Origin: Octopus vulgaris
Lineage: Eukaryota
Assembly (NCBI GenBank): GCA_951406725.2
Contig: OX597825.1
Coordinates: 70,618,001 to 70,682,000 of the forward strand
Length of the DNA stretch: 64,000 nt
Direction of reading: 5' to 3'
Both the position numbers and the translations under genes were made by a program. The first letter of the stretch is position 1; every line of letters starts with the position of its first letter. The notes beneath the pieces were generated by a model. That model saw only the letters and a list, made by a program, of their open reading frames with translations. It did no database searches and was not told the DNA's origin. Shown here piece by piece: positions 51,261-64,000 of the stretch.

Positions 51261-52530
51261 TGTGTGTGTGTAAGAGTGTGTAGATATGTGAGTGTATTTG
51301 GGAATATGCATGTCAGTGCATGTGTTTGTATGCAGGTGTGTGAGTGTGTGTGTGTATGTGTGTTTGTGCACAGGTGTGTGTGTATGTGTGTTTGTGCACA
51401 GGTGTGTGTGTATGTCTATGCATGTGATTATGTGTGTTTATGCACCTATACTTGTCAGTGTGTGCACAAGACTGTGTGGTTGTATGTGTATGTGCATATG
51501 CACAACAGAGTGCTGGTATGCATGTATATATGAGAGTATGTATGAGTGTCTGTGCATGACTGTGTGTGTATATGTATCTATGTGGTTGCATGCATGAGTG
51601 TGTGTGTGTGTAAGTGTATGCATGTTTGAGTGTGTGCGCACAAGTATATGCATTTGAGTGCATGTACATATGCATGTTAAAGTATGTGTGTGTGAGTGTG
51701 TGTGAATGTGTGTGCATGCATGTTTGAGTGTGCATATGTGTGTGCACAAGTATAAACATTTGAGTGCATGTACATATGCATGTTAAAGTATGTGTGTGTG
51801 TATGTGAATGAGTGAGTGCATGTGAGTGTGTGCATGTATTTGTGTGTATGTGTGTGCATGCATGTATGTGTGTGTGTGTGTTCAGTTCACCAATGAAAGA
51901 TTTCCAAAGCTTCTACGGAGCATCAAATGTTAAACTAAGAGTATCAAAGATGAAGAACAAAGAGGAAAGAAAAAAAAAACAAAGAAGCAAACAAAAAAAA
52001 ATGGTAAAAAAGAACAAAAGAACAATGCAATACCATTCATTAACCAACGCTGAAAATGCTTTGATAATATGTTTAAACAACGGTAAACGGTAAATGTGTT
52101 TTATGCTTCGAGTTATTACTGAATACATAAGGAATTCAACATTTAACATTATGAATTTAAAATTTACCATAATAATATTCTTATGAGGGTATTTTTATTT
52201 TTTGGTTTATTTTGCAAATATTTTGTTTTTGTTTTTGTTTCAATTTCAATAACAAGAAGGAAAAAAAAAATAAACAACAACTGCAAATCATTGATTGCTA
52301 TTAACGAGATTTGAACAAAATAATTTTCCAAACTCAAAACAACAACAACAAATAAGAATAACAGAGATAACGTCACTGTATATGGATACATGTGTGTGTG
52401 TGCGTGTGTGTATACACACATATATATATATACGTACATGTATATACATACATATATATATATATATATATGTGTATATATATATGTATATACATAAATA
52501 CATACATATATATATATATATACATACATA

Positions 52531-52580
<50 letters not shown>

Positions 52581-52581
52581 C

Positions 52582-52616
<35 letters not shown>

Positions 52617-52726
52617 TACATACATACATATTAATGTGTCCTTGTGTTTCCATATATACATATATGTATATGTTTACATACACACACAACAGCAAAGACA
52701 CAAAACAAGAGATACAACCAGGAAAG

Positions 52727-52758
<32 letters not shown>

Positions 52759-53655
52759 GGACATAAAAATAAAAAAAACACTCTAGATGATATTTCTGAG
52801 CAGGAAAATGTTTGAGATTTCTACTTTTACTTTGTTATTGCAATAATAATAATGATAATAATAATAATGATGATGATGATGATAATAATAATAAATGGAA
52901 TTTACTCAAGAATTAAATACCATAAAATATAAAAGACCCTTTGTTATTACAGCAAAGAGAGAAGAGAAAAGCGATCATTGTTAAAGTTTTTGAAAATCTA
53001 TAATCTAAAAATTGATGCAATGTGACTTAAGTGAAGAGCCGTGGTTGTGGGGTGATGGTGGTGGCGGTGGTAGTAACGGGGCTGGGAGGAAAGAACGGAG
53101 GGTGGGGTAGGCAAGAAGTGAAATTTTGGCAATAATGCAACCACCAATCAGTGACTGAGATATTCAGTGAAAGCAGAATTCTACAGTTTGCTACTTTGTG
53201 TTTTGCTTTTATTATTATTATTATAATTTTTTTTTTCTTCCTAATGAATAAAAGAAAAAATTAAGCTACATGTGCATGTACACACACACACCCACACACA
53301 CAAACACGCACACACACATATACACACTCATTCATTCATTCATACATATCATACTGGTAAGTGCCAACACACGGTACTATCAGTCCTTGAGTCACTCTGT
53401 AAATTCTGCCAAGTTAATATAATATATACATATTCATGTTTTGAATTCTATCTCCCTGTCTGCATCACCCCCACACACACACATATACACAAACATCATT
53501 GATGATGTGTATATATAAAGATATATTTGAGCTTTTTTTCCATATATAAACATACATGAGCATGTGCATATGTGTCTGCGAGTCTATAAACGCATGTGTG
53601 CACGTGTGTGTGTGTGTGTAAATATATATACAAAACAGAAAAAGAAAGAAAAAAG

Positions 53656-53700
<45 letters not shown>

Positions 53701-53877
53701 GAAAGCAATTATGAAAATTGTGAAAAATCAATTAGCAGCAGAATATTGACTACTATTTCCATTTAATTGAATGTAACAAACACAAATATATATACATACA
53801 TACATATACATATATATAAATGATTTGAATAACACCTGCATTTGACTCCATTTCTTAATTTATACATACATACATAC

Positions 53878-53912
<35 letters not shown>

Positions 53913-54214
53913 CATATACACACACACACACACACATACACACACGTGTACACACGAATACACACACCTACATGCAAGATATAAATAGGATTATAAAGAA
54001 TGTAAAAGAAAAGCTAAAATCTATGAAAATACTTAATCCCTACACACATACATACACACACAAATATATATCTATCTATATCTATATAAATAAATAGAGA
54101 GAGAGATAGACAGACAGATATGTATGTATGTGTATGCATGTATGTACATGTGTGTGTATATATGTGTGTATATGTATGTATGTATGTATGTATTTATGTA
54201 CGTATGTACGTACG

Positions 54215-54246
<32 letters not shown>

Positions 54247-57200
54247 TGTATGCATGCATGTATGTATGTATGTATGCATGTATGTATGTATGTATGTATG
54301 CCAACTCTCACCTCTGATTATAGCATAATATCAAACTAATAATTTTACTTTTAATGCAATTCTAACTAATATATAAAGACACAAGTAGTTTACAATTCTT
54401 TTACCAACAGCAGCAGTGACTATGATACAAAACTGTATGAACAGTAAATAAAACACCAGTTGATTAGGCTGTGGTCATTAGATTCGGCTTTAATGAGCCC
54501 CCTAAATGGTTACTTAGCTTTTTTTAAATTTTTCTCACCAAAGGAACAATATGCCCCCTCAAGTCGCTTTAAACAAAATAAATATGATAATTAAATTAGA
54601 AATATTTGTTCTATTTCAGAATTAATGATTTTGTTTAGAATTAGGGACTAACTTTGTAACATTTTAACAGTAAGGTGGCCAGAGATTCTGCAAGAGTCAT
54701 GAACCCTTCAAAGACAAGAAATAAGGGTCACAGGACCATGCTTTGCTGTCAACTTATCTCTTGCTTTGCAGTGTGCAAGATGGGAGGTGGGGGTAGAGGC
54801 TAATGCCTTGGTATGTATTAGAGGTTGTACCAGTATAATGTTGAAAGACTCTACATCAGTCATGAGTAAACTGCTGTGTATAGGACATCCTGAATGGCAC
54901 ACCTAATGAAAGAGTGGCTCAGCTGATGATGAGCAATGTTTCATTGAGGTCCGCCCCATGATAGAGGTTTCGCAGGTGTGATCAAGGTTGTCGAGTCACC
55001 GGTACAGGAAGTATTCAGGGTACATTAGAGGTCATTCAGTACAAGACTGGTGTGAATGTGAGATGGCTATGTATGGAGAAAGATACATATGCACCCATAC
55101 CAGCATCCAGCTAATTTAATGTCCATCTTTTGTGCCAGCACAGAAAATGGACATTAAATGATGACACGCAAAGGCGTAAACACACACACACACACACACA
55201 CACACAGAGAAAGGCTTAGCTATGTGGTTAAGCAAATCACTTCCCAAACATAAGACTTTCGGTTCAGTCCCACAGCACAATACCTTGGGCAAGTATCTTC
55301 TACCACACTCCAAACTGACAAAAGCCATGTTGAGTGGACTTGGTTCATGGAAACAGATAGAAATCCATCTTGGATGGGCATCCAGCTGTAGAAACCATGC
55401 CAAAACAGACAGTCGAGCTCGGTGCAGTCTTCTCATCTGCCAGCCCCTATCAAACCACCTCACCCATGCCAGCATGGAATACACACATTAAATGATGATG
55501 ATGATGATGATAATGTGTGTGTGTGTGTATTTGAATTTCTCCAAAAATCAATCAGCAATGACAGATGGGTTGCTGTCATTCCTTTGTCAGTAGCTCATCT
55601 ACTGGCTTTGCCCCTTCATTAAAACCTTCGTGGAAGGTTTTGATTTAAAATTTAAATAACTTAAAACCATGATGCGTGTGAAGTAGAAGTGAGGGCAGTC
55701 TGAGGTGGGTCGGTGTCAAAAGGATTAATGAAATTATGGATTACAATTGTAAATAATGCTTTATCTTAATAAATTCTTAGGGCTCAACGATAGGAGGTAC
55801 ATGGCTTAGTGGTTAGAGCAGGGGTCATATCAGCCACCAGGCCACATACCAGTACCAGGCTATGGATCAAATGTTGCTGGGTCATACAGAAAGAATAAAC
55901 TCCAAAATTTTATATCTATTTTATTGATTATTGCAGTCTGCTGGTGTCTTGCATTAGATATATGTTATATACATAATATATATATGTAGCGTATATATTA
56001 AGCCAGGTGTGGGAACATGTGCCATTGGAGTGCATCGCTGCATCAACGATTTGGCAGTATCTGCTTGGGTCTTCTCAATCACCTCTCCAAGCAGTGTACC
56101 AGTCTGTTCCCCTCTTTGCGAAGTACTTCCTCATTTGCCATGTGGTACATTGCATTGCTGTACTCAAAAAAACTTGCCTACTGCAACAGAATTGAAATCC
56201 TAAAAGCAAGATGCCACATAAAAGGAATTGGTGTCAGTGCTGGTGTCATGTAAAAAAACACCCAGTACACTCTGTAAAGTGGTTGGCATTACAAAGGGCA
56301 TCCAGCCATAGAAGGAAGCCAAAACAGATTATGGAATCTGGCAAGGTCCCTGGCTTGGCCAATCCCTGTCAAGCTGTCCAACCCAAACCAGCATGGAAAA
56401 CAGAGGTTAAATATTGAGGATGATGGTAAGGCATGTGGCAGACCAACACAAACGGTCACCCCAAATGGATCTGGCAAGGTATTATATATGTAATAATTAA
56501 ACTTTATATTATGCACTTTATTGTGTCTTGTTATGTAGATGATTCCTTGGTTAGTGGAAAAATTGTTCAGCATAAAACCAGTCTGCGATGCGAAAAAAAA
56601 TTAAGGACCACTCCTGGAACAGGTGATGCATTGCATCCGTGAGCAAAGCATTTCACTAAATGCTGCTCTAGCCAACTCACCTGGAAATGAAAAACGTATT
56701 TAGTGCTGGTGTGCAGCCCTCCCACACTCCAGCTTTCAAATCCTAGATGTTCTACAGGGTTGGGAGTGAGGGCAGGGAAGTTGAGAGAAAAGGGAGCCTG
56801 TCCCTGCTCATGACACAGACGTCCTTTCATGGCTTTGCACTCTTGGGGCACACCTAAAGCAATTAGTAAGAAAGCATGATACATGCCACCAAATCACACT
56901 CACTTGTGAATGACAGCTGTACATTTTCTTGTGCACTTTTTTATTTAAATAGGATGGAAGGCAGTACCCAGTACCCAGTGCCTCTAATGACCTTTCAAAT
57001 TTAGGGTGGGGAGAGAAAAGAAAGAAAAAAAAAACAATGCAAGGTTCGTTGCTGTAGGAAACAGCATCACAAAAGATATTGATTTATCAAGCTAGAAATG
57101 TGATCTTCAAAGTCACAACAGAATGGATTCCACTAAAGGTAACCGATGTACCAAATGACATTATTAAATTGAACTTGCACAGATTAAATTACATGTGGAG

Positions 57201-58739
57201 CAATACAGCTGTCTTATTAGCTGCCCACACATACCGCCATGCTTAGTCCTTCCCTGCCCTGAATGCCAGCCTTCCGGAATCTCTTTCCTGCAGGAGTCAA
57301 CTTGCAACAGTCAAAGTAGAACATTAAATGACATCAATATCAGCAGTCTAAGAGAGATTGTGAAAATCATGAGGATAGCCCCTCCTCTGAAGACAGCAAG
57401 TAAAAAAGAACAACAATAATGGGGGGTTTTTTTCTACTATAAGCACACAGCCTTAAATTTGATGGTAGGGGCTGGCTGATTACATCGACCTGATAAGATG
57501 AAAGGCAAAGTTGACTCTGGCAGAATTTGAACTCAGAATGGTCAAGAGAGACAAAATACTGCTAATGATAATAATAATCCTTTTTACTATAGGCACAAGG
57601 TCTGAAATTTGGGTGAGGGATAGTGGATTACATCGACCCCAGTACTTGACTGGTACTTAATTTATTGATCCCAATTTATTTACTAGTACTTAATTTATTG
57701 ATCCCAAATGGATGAAAGGCAAAGTCAACCTCGGCGGAATTTGAACTCAGAACGTAGTGGCAGACGAAATACTGCTAAGCATTTTGTCCAGTGTGTTAAC
57801 GATTCTGCCAGCTTGCTACCTTAATAATAATAATAATAATAATAATTTTGGATTTAGTACAATTTGAACAGTTTGGCTTATAACTTGTGTCTGTTGTTGA
57901 AATTTAGCCCCAAGCAAAACCAGATCAACCAAGCCTACAGCCAACTGCATTCCAGCTGTGACAATCTCGTCTGTTTAGGGTTGGGGATTGTCTGATCTGA
58001 TAACCATGTTGTTTAACATGGTGGACATGATATGAGGGAGGTTTACTGGTCCTTTCTAAAAGGTTGAATTACTAAACAGAAGTCCTTTCATCGGTGGAAG
58101 TTCTAAAAGCCAGGAAGCTATCCAAATCCAGCTGCACTCAAACACAGCTTTGTGTCCTGCTTGAGTTGAGTGTGTGTCACCAATAAGGACCCAACCAAAA
58201 GTACCAATAAAAAGAAAGAAAAAAATGTAAAAAAAAAAAAAACAGGATGTAAAGGTCAGTCATTGTTTGATTTCCAAATTGGTCTTTGTATCTAAAGTGG
58301 TCTTGTCCCTTTTTGTTGATCTGACATGGATGCAGAAGAGAGGGGGAAGGAGAGGGAGGGAGAGAGGAAGCAAAATAGAGGTGGAGGAAAAAGGGAAAGA
58401 GAGAGAAAGGATGGAGAGAAGAGGAAGAGAGATAATGTGGGAGAGCAGTGTGTGTATGGGAGTGTGAGTGAGAGAAAGGGATTGTGTGTGTGTGTGATAA
58501 TGAGAGGAGAATGTGTGTGAGTGCTAGAGAGTATGAGTGTGTGGGAGAGAAAGAGCATGTGTGAGTGAGACTGCGTGTGTGTGTGTGTGTGTGTATGTGT
58601 GTGAGAGTGTATGTTTGTGTATAAGAGTGTGTGTGTGTGAGAGAGAGAGAGGGAAAGAGAGAGTGTGTGAGCACGCACAAGTGAGAGTCTGTGAGTGAGT
58701 GTGTGAGAGAGTGTGTGTGTGTGAAAAAATGTGTGTGAA

Positions 58740-58785
58740 AGAGTGTGTGTGTACCTGTGTATGAATGAAAGATTGAATTTGTGTA

Positions 58786-58822
<37 letters not shown>

Positions 58823-59103
58823 AAGTTAGAGTGTGTGTGTGAATGAAAGATTGAATTTCTCTGTGTGTGTGTGTGTGTGTGTGTGTGCAGGAGAGAGAGA
58901 GAGAGAGAGAGAGAGAAGAGAAAGGGAGAGAGTGTGTGTGCGAATGAAAGATTGAATTTCTGTGTGTGTGCGTGTGCGAGAGAGAGAGAGAGAGAGAGAG
59001 AGAGTGTGTGTGTGTATCTGTATTTGAATGAAAGATTGTGTGTGTGTATTTGCATGTAAGTGTTAAGTGTCTGCATGTGTGCGAGTGCGTGTGTGTGTAT
59101 GTA

Positions 59104-59188
<85 letters not shown>

Positions 59189-59237
59189 GAGAGAGTGTGT
59201 GTGCGAATGAAAGATTGAATTTCTGTGTGTGTGTGTG

Positions 59238-59275
<38 letters not shown>

Positions 59276-59352
59276 TGTGTGTGTATCTGTATTTGAATGA
59301 AAGATTGTGTGTGTGTATTTGCATGTAAGTGTTAAGTGTCTGCATGTGTGTG
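58740..59352. repeat. Compound (GT)/(GA) array with tandem duplication of about 265 bp
   Basis: Recurrent GAATGAAAGATTGAATTT; about 58885-59081 repeated at about 59147-59350. Confidence 0.85.
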
Positions 59353-59727
59353 AGTGAAAGTGTGATTTTGTGTATGCATGAATGAATGAAGTGATATGGA
59401 AAGGAAAGTGTGTGTGTGTGTATGTATGTATGTGTGTGTGTGCATGTACACACGTGAGCGTATGTGAAAGACAGAGAGATAGAGGGATGGAGAGATTGAT
59501 GATGAGATAAGGGGAAGGAGAGAGGGAGGGAAAGTGTTTTCATATGTGTATATTCCAATATCACTACAGAAGCAAAGAGAAAAGAGAGTTGTTATGATAT
59601 CAGGTGTGTTTATTTTTAACATTGCACTTAATTCCACTCATATTTATTTATTTACATGTTTAAGTTACTTATTTACTTCTTTCTTTATTTATTTACTTGT
59701 AGGGTTATGATTCAGTACATAATCAAT

Positions 59728-59827
<100 letters not shown>

Positions 59828-59834
59828 CACAAAA

Positions 59835-60062
59835 CTCAATACCACTATAAACTACAATACATACAAACCAATACCACTATAAAACTACAATACCATAAAA
59901 CTCAATACCACTATAAAACTACAATACCACTACAAACTCAATACCACTATAAAACTACAATACGCACTACAAACTCAATACCACTATAAAACTACAATAC
60001 CACTACAAACTCAATACAACTATAAAACTACAATACCACTACAAACTCAATACCACTATAAA
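59835..60062. repeat. About 36-bp minisatellite (CTCAATACCACTATAAAACTACAATACCACTACAAA)
   Basis: About 6 imperfect copies following a long (TA)n. Confidence 0.9.
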
Positions 60063-60602
60063 ATGGTCAAAACTCTTCACACAGGAACTTAGTTTGATTT
60101 GAAAACCCCACTAGAATGGGAAAAAGCGCTAATACATGATCTAAGTTATATGATATTTAAAAAAATTTAATATACAAATAAATATCTGTAAATATAAACC
60201 ATCCGATTTTCTGAGTACCTCATTTCTTCTAATATCTATATATATATATATATATATAGGTAGTGGGGCTCTGAAAGAAGTCTAAGGGAGTAACGATCCT
60301 GCTTTCCTGAGCTAGTTCTCCACCACATTTCTTAAAATTAGTGGTTGAGGCTTTGGTCTCAGGACCACTCATGTCTAGAAACTGTGGTTGGGGGTAAGCA
60401 AGGGCATGCACCCCGTGGAAAATCTAGCTCCCAAAAAGCCTCATGATAGCAAAGGAGAAAGGGCACCAGCCAGCCCAAAGGTCGGGGTAGTCTGCACCTG
60501 CCTGCCTCTGTTGCTATGGTAATGAGGTAGATCCAGCGACCCCCCATTAATGGGAACAAAACCCGGATTTAAAATACTGGATGATGATGATGATGATGAT
60601 TG

Positions 60603-60635
<33 letters not shown>

Positions 60636-62587
60636 GACAGATAGATATATTATATTTTCCCCCTTCAGTTGTTTACTTCAGTTTTAACTAGTTTAATCTC
60701 AACCTGCAAATAATTACTAATCATACAGGTTGTTATTAGTATTCTCATTAACAACTGCTAATCACTATTAACATCGGAGAGAGGGAAAGTGAGGGGGGAG
60801 AAATAAGGCTTAACATCGATTAAGTTTCTTTGATTTGATCTGCCACGGCAAAATTACATTTTATGTGTGTACGTGTGTGTGTGTGCAAGCACGTATTATG
60901 TATGTGTGTGCTGCATGTGTATTTATACACACACAGTGTGTATATGTATGTATACCTATTCTTTTGCTCTTTCAATTGTTATAGTCATTAGATTGGGAGT
61001 CATGCTGGAGCACCACATGACAGAATTTTAGTCAAATGGATCGACACCAGTACTTATTTATGCTGAACTAAAGTTACAAGGGATGTAAACACACCAACAC
61101 CGGTTGTCAAGCAGTGGTGGTAGGGACACAAAGACACACACACACACATCCAATGGGCTTCTTTCAGTTTCCTTCTACTAAATCTACTCACTAGGCTATG
61201 GTCAGCCTAAGGCTATAATAGAAGACACCTGCCCAAGGTGTCACACAGTGGGACTGAACCCAGGATCATGTGGTTGGAAAGCAAACTTCTTACCACATAG
61301 CCACAAATGTACAGACGTCAGACAGACAGACAAACAGATAAAAGATGGAATGAGAGGAGTTTTTTTTGGTTTTTTTTTTTATTTGTAGGATATTCATCCC
61401 TAAATATCAGAATGACAGAAATGGTAAACTCAGAATAACAGTCATGAAGACAATCCTCTGTTTCAAATATACCTCCAAAACACATGCCATAACCTCTCCA
61501 CCATAATGATAATAATGGTTCCAATGTTAGGCACAAGGCAAGCAGTTTTTGTGGGGAGGGTAAGTCAATAACATTGACCCCGGTGCTCAACTGGCACTTG
61601 TTGAGCACTGATATCAGGGTAAGTGATGATGATGATGATGATGATGATAAATGCCCTGATGCAGTACCAGGCAGTGGCTCTCATGGTTTCTGATCTTAAC
61701 TGATTGGAAGTGCTATCATGTACATTGTTTTGTCTTTGATGGGTAACAGCAAATATCCTGCTCAATACCACAGATTTGTTTGTCAGTTGTTTGACCTTAA
61801 CCAGTTGAGCATGTCTGCTGGTGGCTGACGACATGTGCATCTCTGATCACGAGCAGAAGTAGGGGAGGAGCATCACAGCCATGTGTTGAGAGGGATTCTT
61901 TGGGGTTTGGATAACTCATCTCTGGAAACATGGGTGTTTTGTTCAACATCCTTAAACAACCCTTATTCAAGGACCTTTTGAGCGGGATGGGTTACTCGAC
62001 CTGAAGAAAATTCTAACTGGGCCCCACCTGCACAGTCATGTGCTGTTTATCTTGATATGAGATCACCATGTTGCACATATATGGTTGTGTCGCATGTGCC
62101 TGGTGTACCTTTATCAGACGGATAGTTATGACGGGCATACTGGGCTTCGTATATTTTACCCCAGTGTCACTTTGATGGCATGCACTGCTCTCTCACTCAG
62201 TAATAATAATAATAATAATAAGATTAAAGTATAATAGAAAAAATAATAAAAGTGGATAAACAATGCAAGAATATTTTAAATATCAAAAATGACTCCCAAC
62301 ACATCACACATTCTCAGATCAGACTAAGTGCAAACTAGAGAAAATATTAGAAAGTTATAAGGGACGAACAAGAAGAAAAGAAAAAAATTGAATTGTCAAG
62401 TGATTGTTTTAAGAAGGGGGCAATTTTTGCTATTGTTAGAAGCTTGAAGCGAAACTTGAAAAATATTAATTTTTAATTAAGCCATTAATAAGCAATTGAT
62501 TAGAAAAAGAAACCTTTAATCAAATCCATGCAATTAGCCCATGCTAGAAAATGAACAAGGATTCTAACCCATTTCCTGAACAGTTAT

Positions 62588-62628
<41 letters not shown>

Positions 62629-63856
62629 AGAGAGAGAGAGAGACAGAGAGAGTGTGTGCACATGGGTGCATAGACACACAACAAGGAAATATTCAATACA
62701 AGGCATACAGATATAAAGTTTAATCGAAACTGCACTTCCCTTATCACAACTGAGACTGTATATAAATATATATATATATATATATATAAAATATATATTG
62801 AGAGAGAGAGAGAGAGAGAGAGGACAAAGAGAGAGTGCACGTGCAAGAGAGAGAGAGAGAGAGAGACGTGCGAGAGAGAGAGAGAGAGAGACAAAGAGAG
62901 TGTGTATGTGTAATATGTGTTGTTCTTCTAAGGCAGTCCCAAGCTGGTTCCAAGCCGGTTCCAAACCGGTCCCAAGCCTTGTTGAGAAAGGAGAATGGTA
63001 AGTACAGGGTGTAGCAGCCCTGCACTCTCAATATTCTACATTGCTACTGAGACACCAAGAGAAACAGATGAAACCGATCGTGATAAAGAGAAGTAATCCT
63101 CAGAAAACTGCGCATAAAACAGCATAGTAAAAACTAAAAGAAGGCTACAATGCGAAAGAGAGTCCTTCCCTAACCAGGGACAAGCACACAGCTGGGAACA
63201 TGGAACATAAGAATGATGGCTGAAACTGGAAAAGTAGCCCTGATTGGCACTGAGATGATACTCTACAAGCTCACACACAAACACACTCACACACGCACAG
63301 GCAGAAAGATAGACAGACAGAGGCCTCCAACATGTTTTAGAAGCACTGCATTCCTGAAAACAGTGTTCCATAATGCAAAACCTATTTACTTATCAGCTTC
63401 CATGTAAAATGGAAAGTCAATGAGACATAACTTAACCAGCTTAGAAAGGAAAAAGTCGATATAGCCTACACACACACACACACATACACACACATAAAAG
63501 GCAAGATGGTCATGGCTAGATTACCCATGTTCACAGGTCTTCTCAATTAAACATAAGTTGGAGTTAAACACAAACAACATCCACTGCAGGAGGATCACAC
63601 ACGACTGGTTTCTTTTCTCTTTTCTTTTCTTCATGAAAGATGAATGTCTGAAACACTGAACACCTTTATTTCCTCAATGCAGTGCAAAATGAATTCCATT
63701 GTGTTACTAATTACTCATTACAGCACAAAATTAATTTACATTGCATTAACTCTATTTTTGTTTGTGTTTTTGTTTTTGCAATACTCTCTGAAATCCCTAA
63801 AACAGCACGATCTACTTCATTATAAATATTCTCTCCACAAAAAGCTAAGTATATAC

Positions 63857-63878
63857 ATTTCTCTTGTCGTGACGCCAT
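63857..63878 (-). CDS. Candidate first coding exon or uORF (MASRQEK) of an unidentified transcript
   Basis: ATG in strong context AAGATGG followed by a weak possible donor AAT|GTATAT; no downstream partner exon firmly identified. Confidence 0.3.
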
Positions 63879-63960
63879 CTTGGAAATCTGCAGCACGCAT
63901 GCGCAGAGTTGGATTCTTCCGGGAGGCCTGCCAGAAGTTCCCTCATGCGCATGTGCAGAA
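63870..63960 (-). promoter_or_regulatory. Housekeeping-type promoter / transcription start region
   Basis: YY1/Kozak-like CAAGATGGCG on minus (GCCATCTTG at 63874-63882); two NRF1-like sites, CACGCATGCGCA (63894-63905) and TGCGCATGTGCA (63946-63957); ETS-like CTTCCGG (63916-63922); local CpG enrichment outside any repeat. Confidence 0.7.
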
Positions 63961-64000
63961 AACTAGCAGCAGCAAAATTTCCCTTGTATCGTTTTCTCGA

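Noticed and set aside
57225-57406. Exon-like minus-strand segment ending ATGGCG|GTATGT; similar candidates near 47355 and 47909
   Set aside because: No myosin similarity; could be UTR or alternative first exons but cannot be supported without transcripts
62932-62997. Plus-strand AG...ATG|GTAAGT exon-like segment
   Set aside because: The context resembles a retroelement 5' region; no partner exons found

Overview
Eukaryotic, AT-rich, microsatellite- and SINE-dense genomic DNA; the repeat families look like those of Octopus (inference). The supplied ORFs are almost all repeat artefacts. The real coding content is a spliced minus-strand gene for an unconventional class IX myosin. I reconstructed 14 phase-consistent GT-AG exons between 46534 and 3874, running from switch II through an unusually long loop-2 insert, SH1 helix and converter to four IQ motifs, plus a probable 63-nt cassette exon. 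By eye I found no exons for the N-terminal half of the motor (RA domain, P-loop, switch I) in the 17 kb upstream. That stretch ends in a housekeeping-type promoter (YY1/NRF1/ETS motifs) on the same strand. Introns hold a decayed DD37D (maT) transposon, non-autonomous Helitrons, several MITEs, LINE fragments, many SINEs, a MITE-derived 44-bp satellite and long hairpins. An apparently intact type I hammerhead ribozyme sits inside an inverted-repeat cassette. All calls were made by manual reading; no database searches were run.
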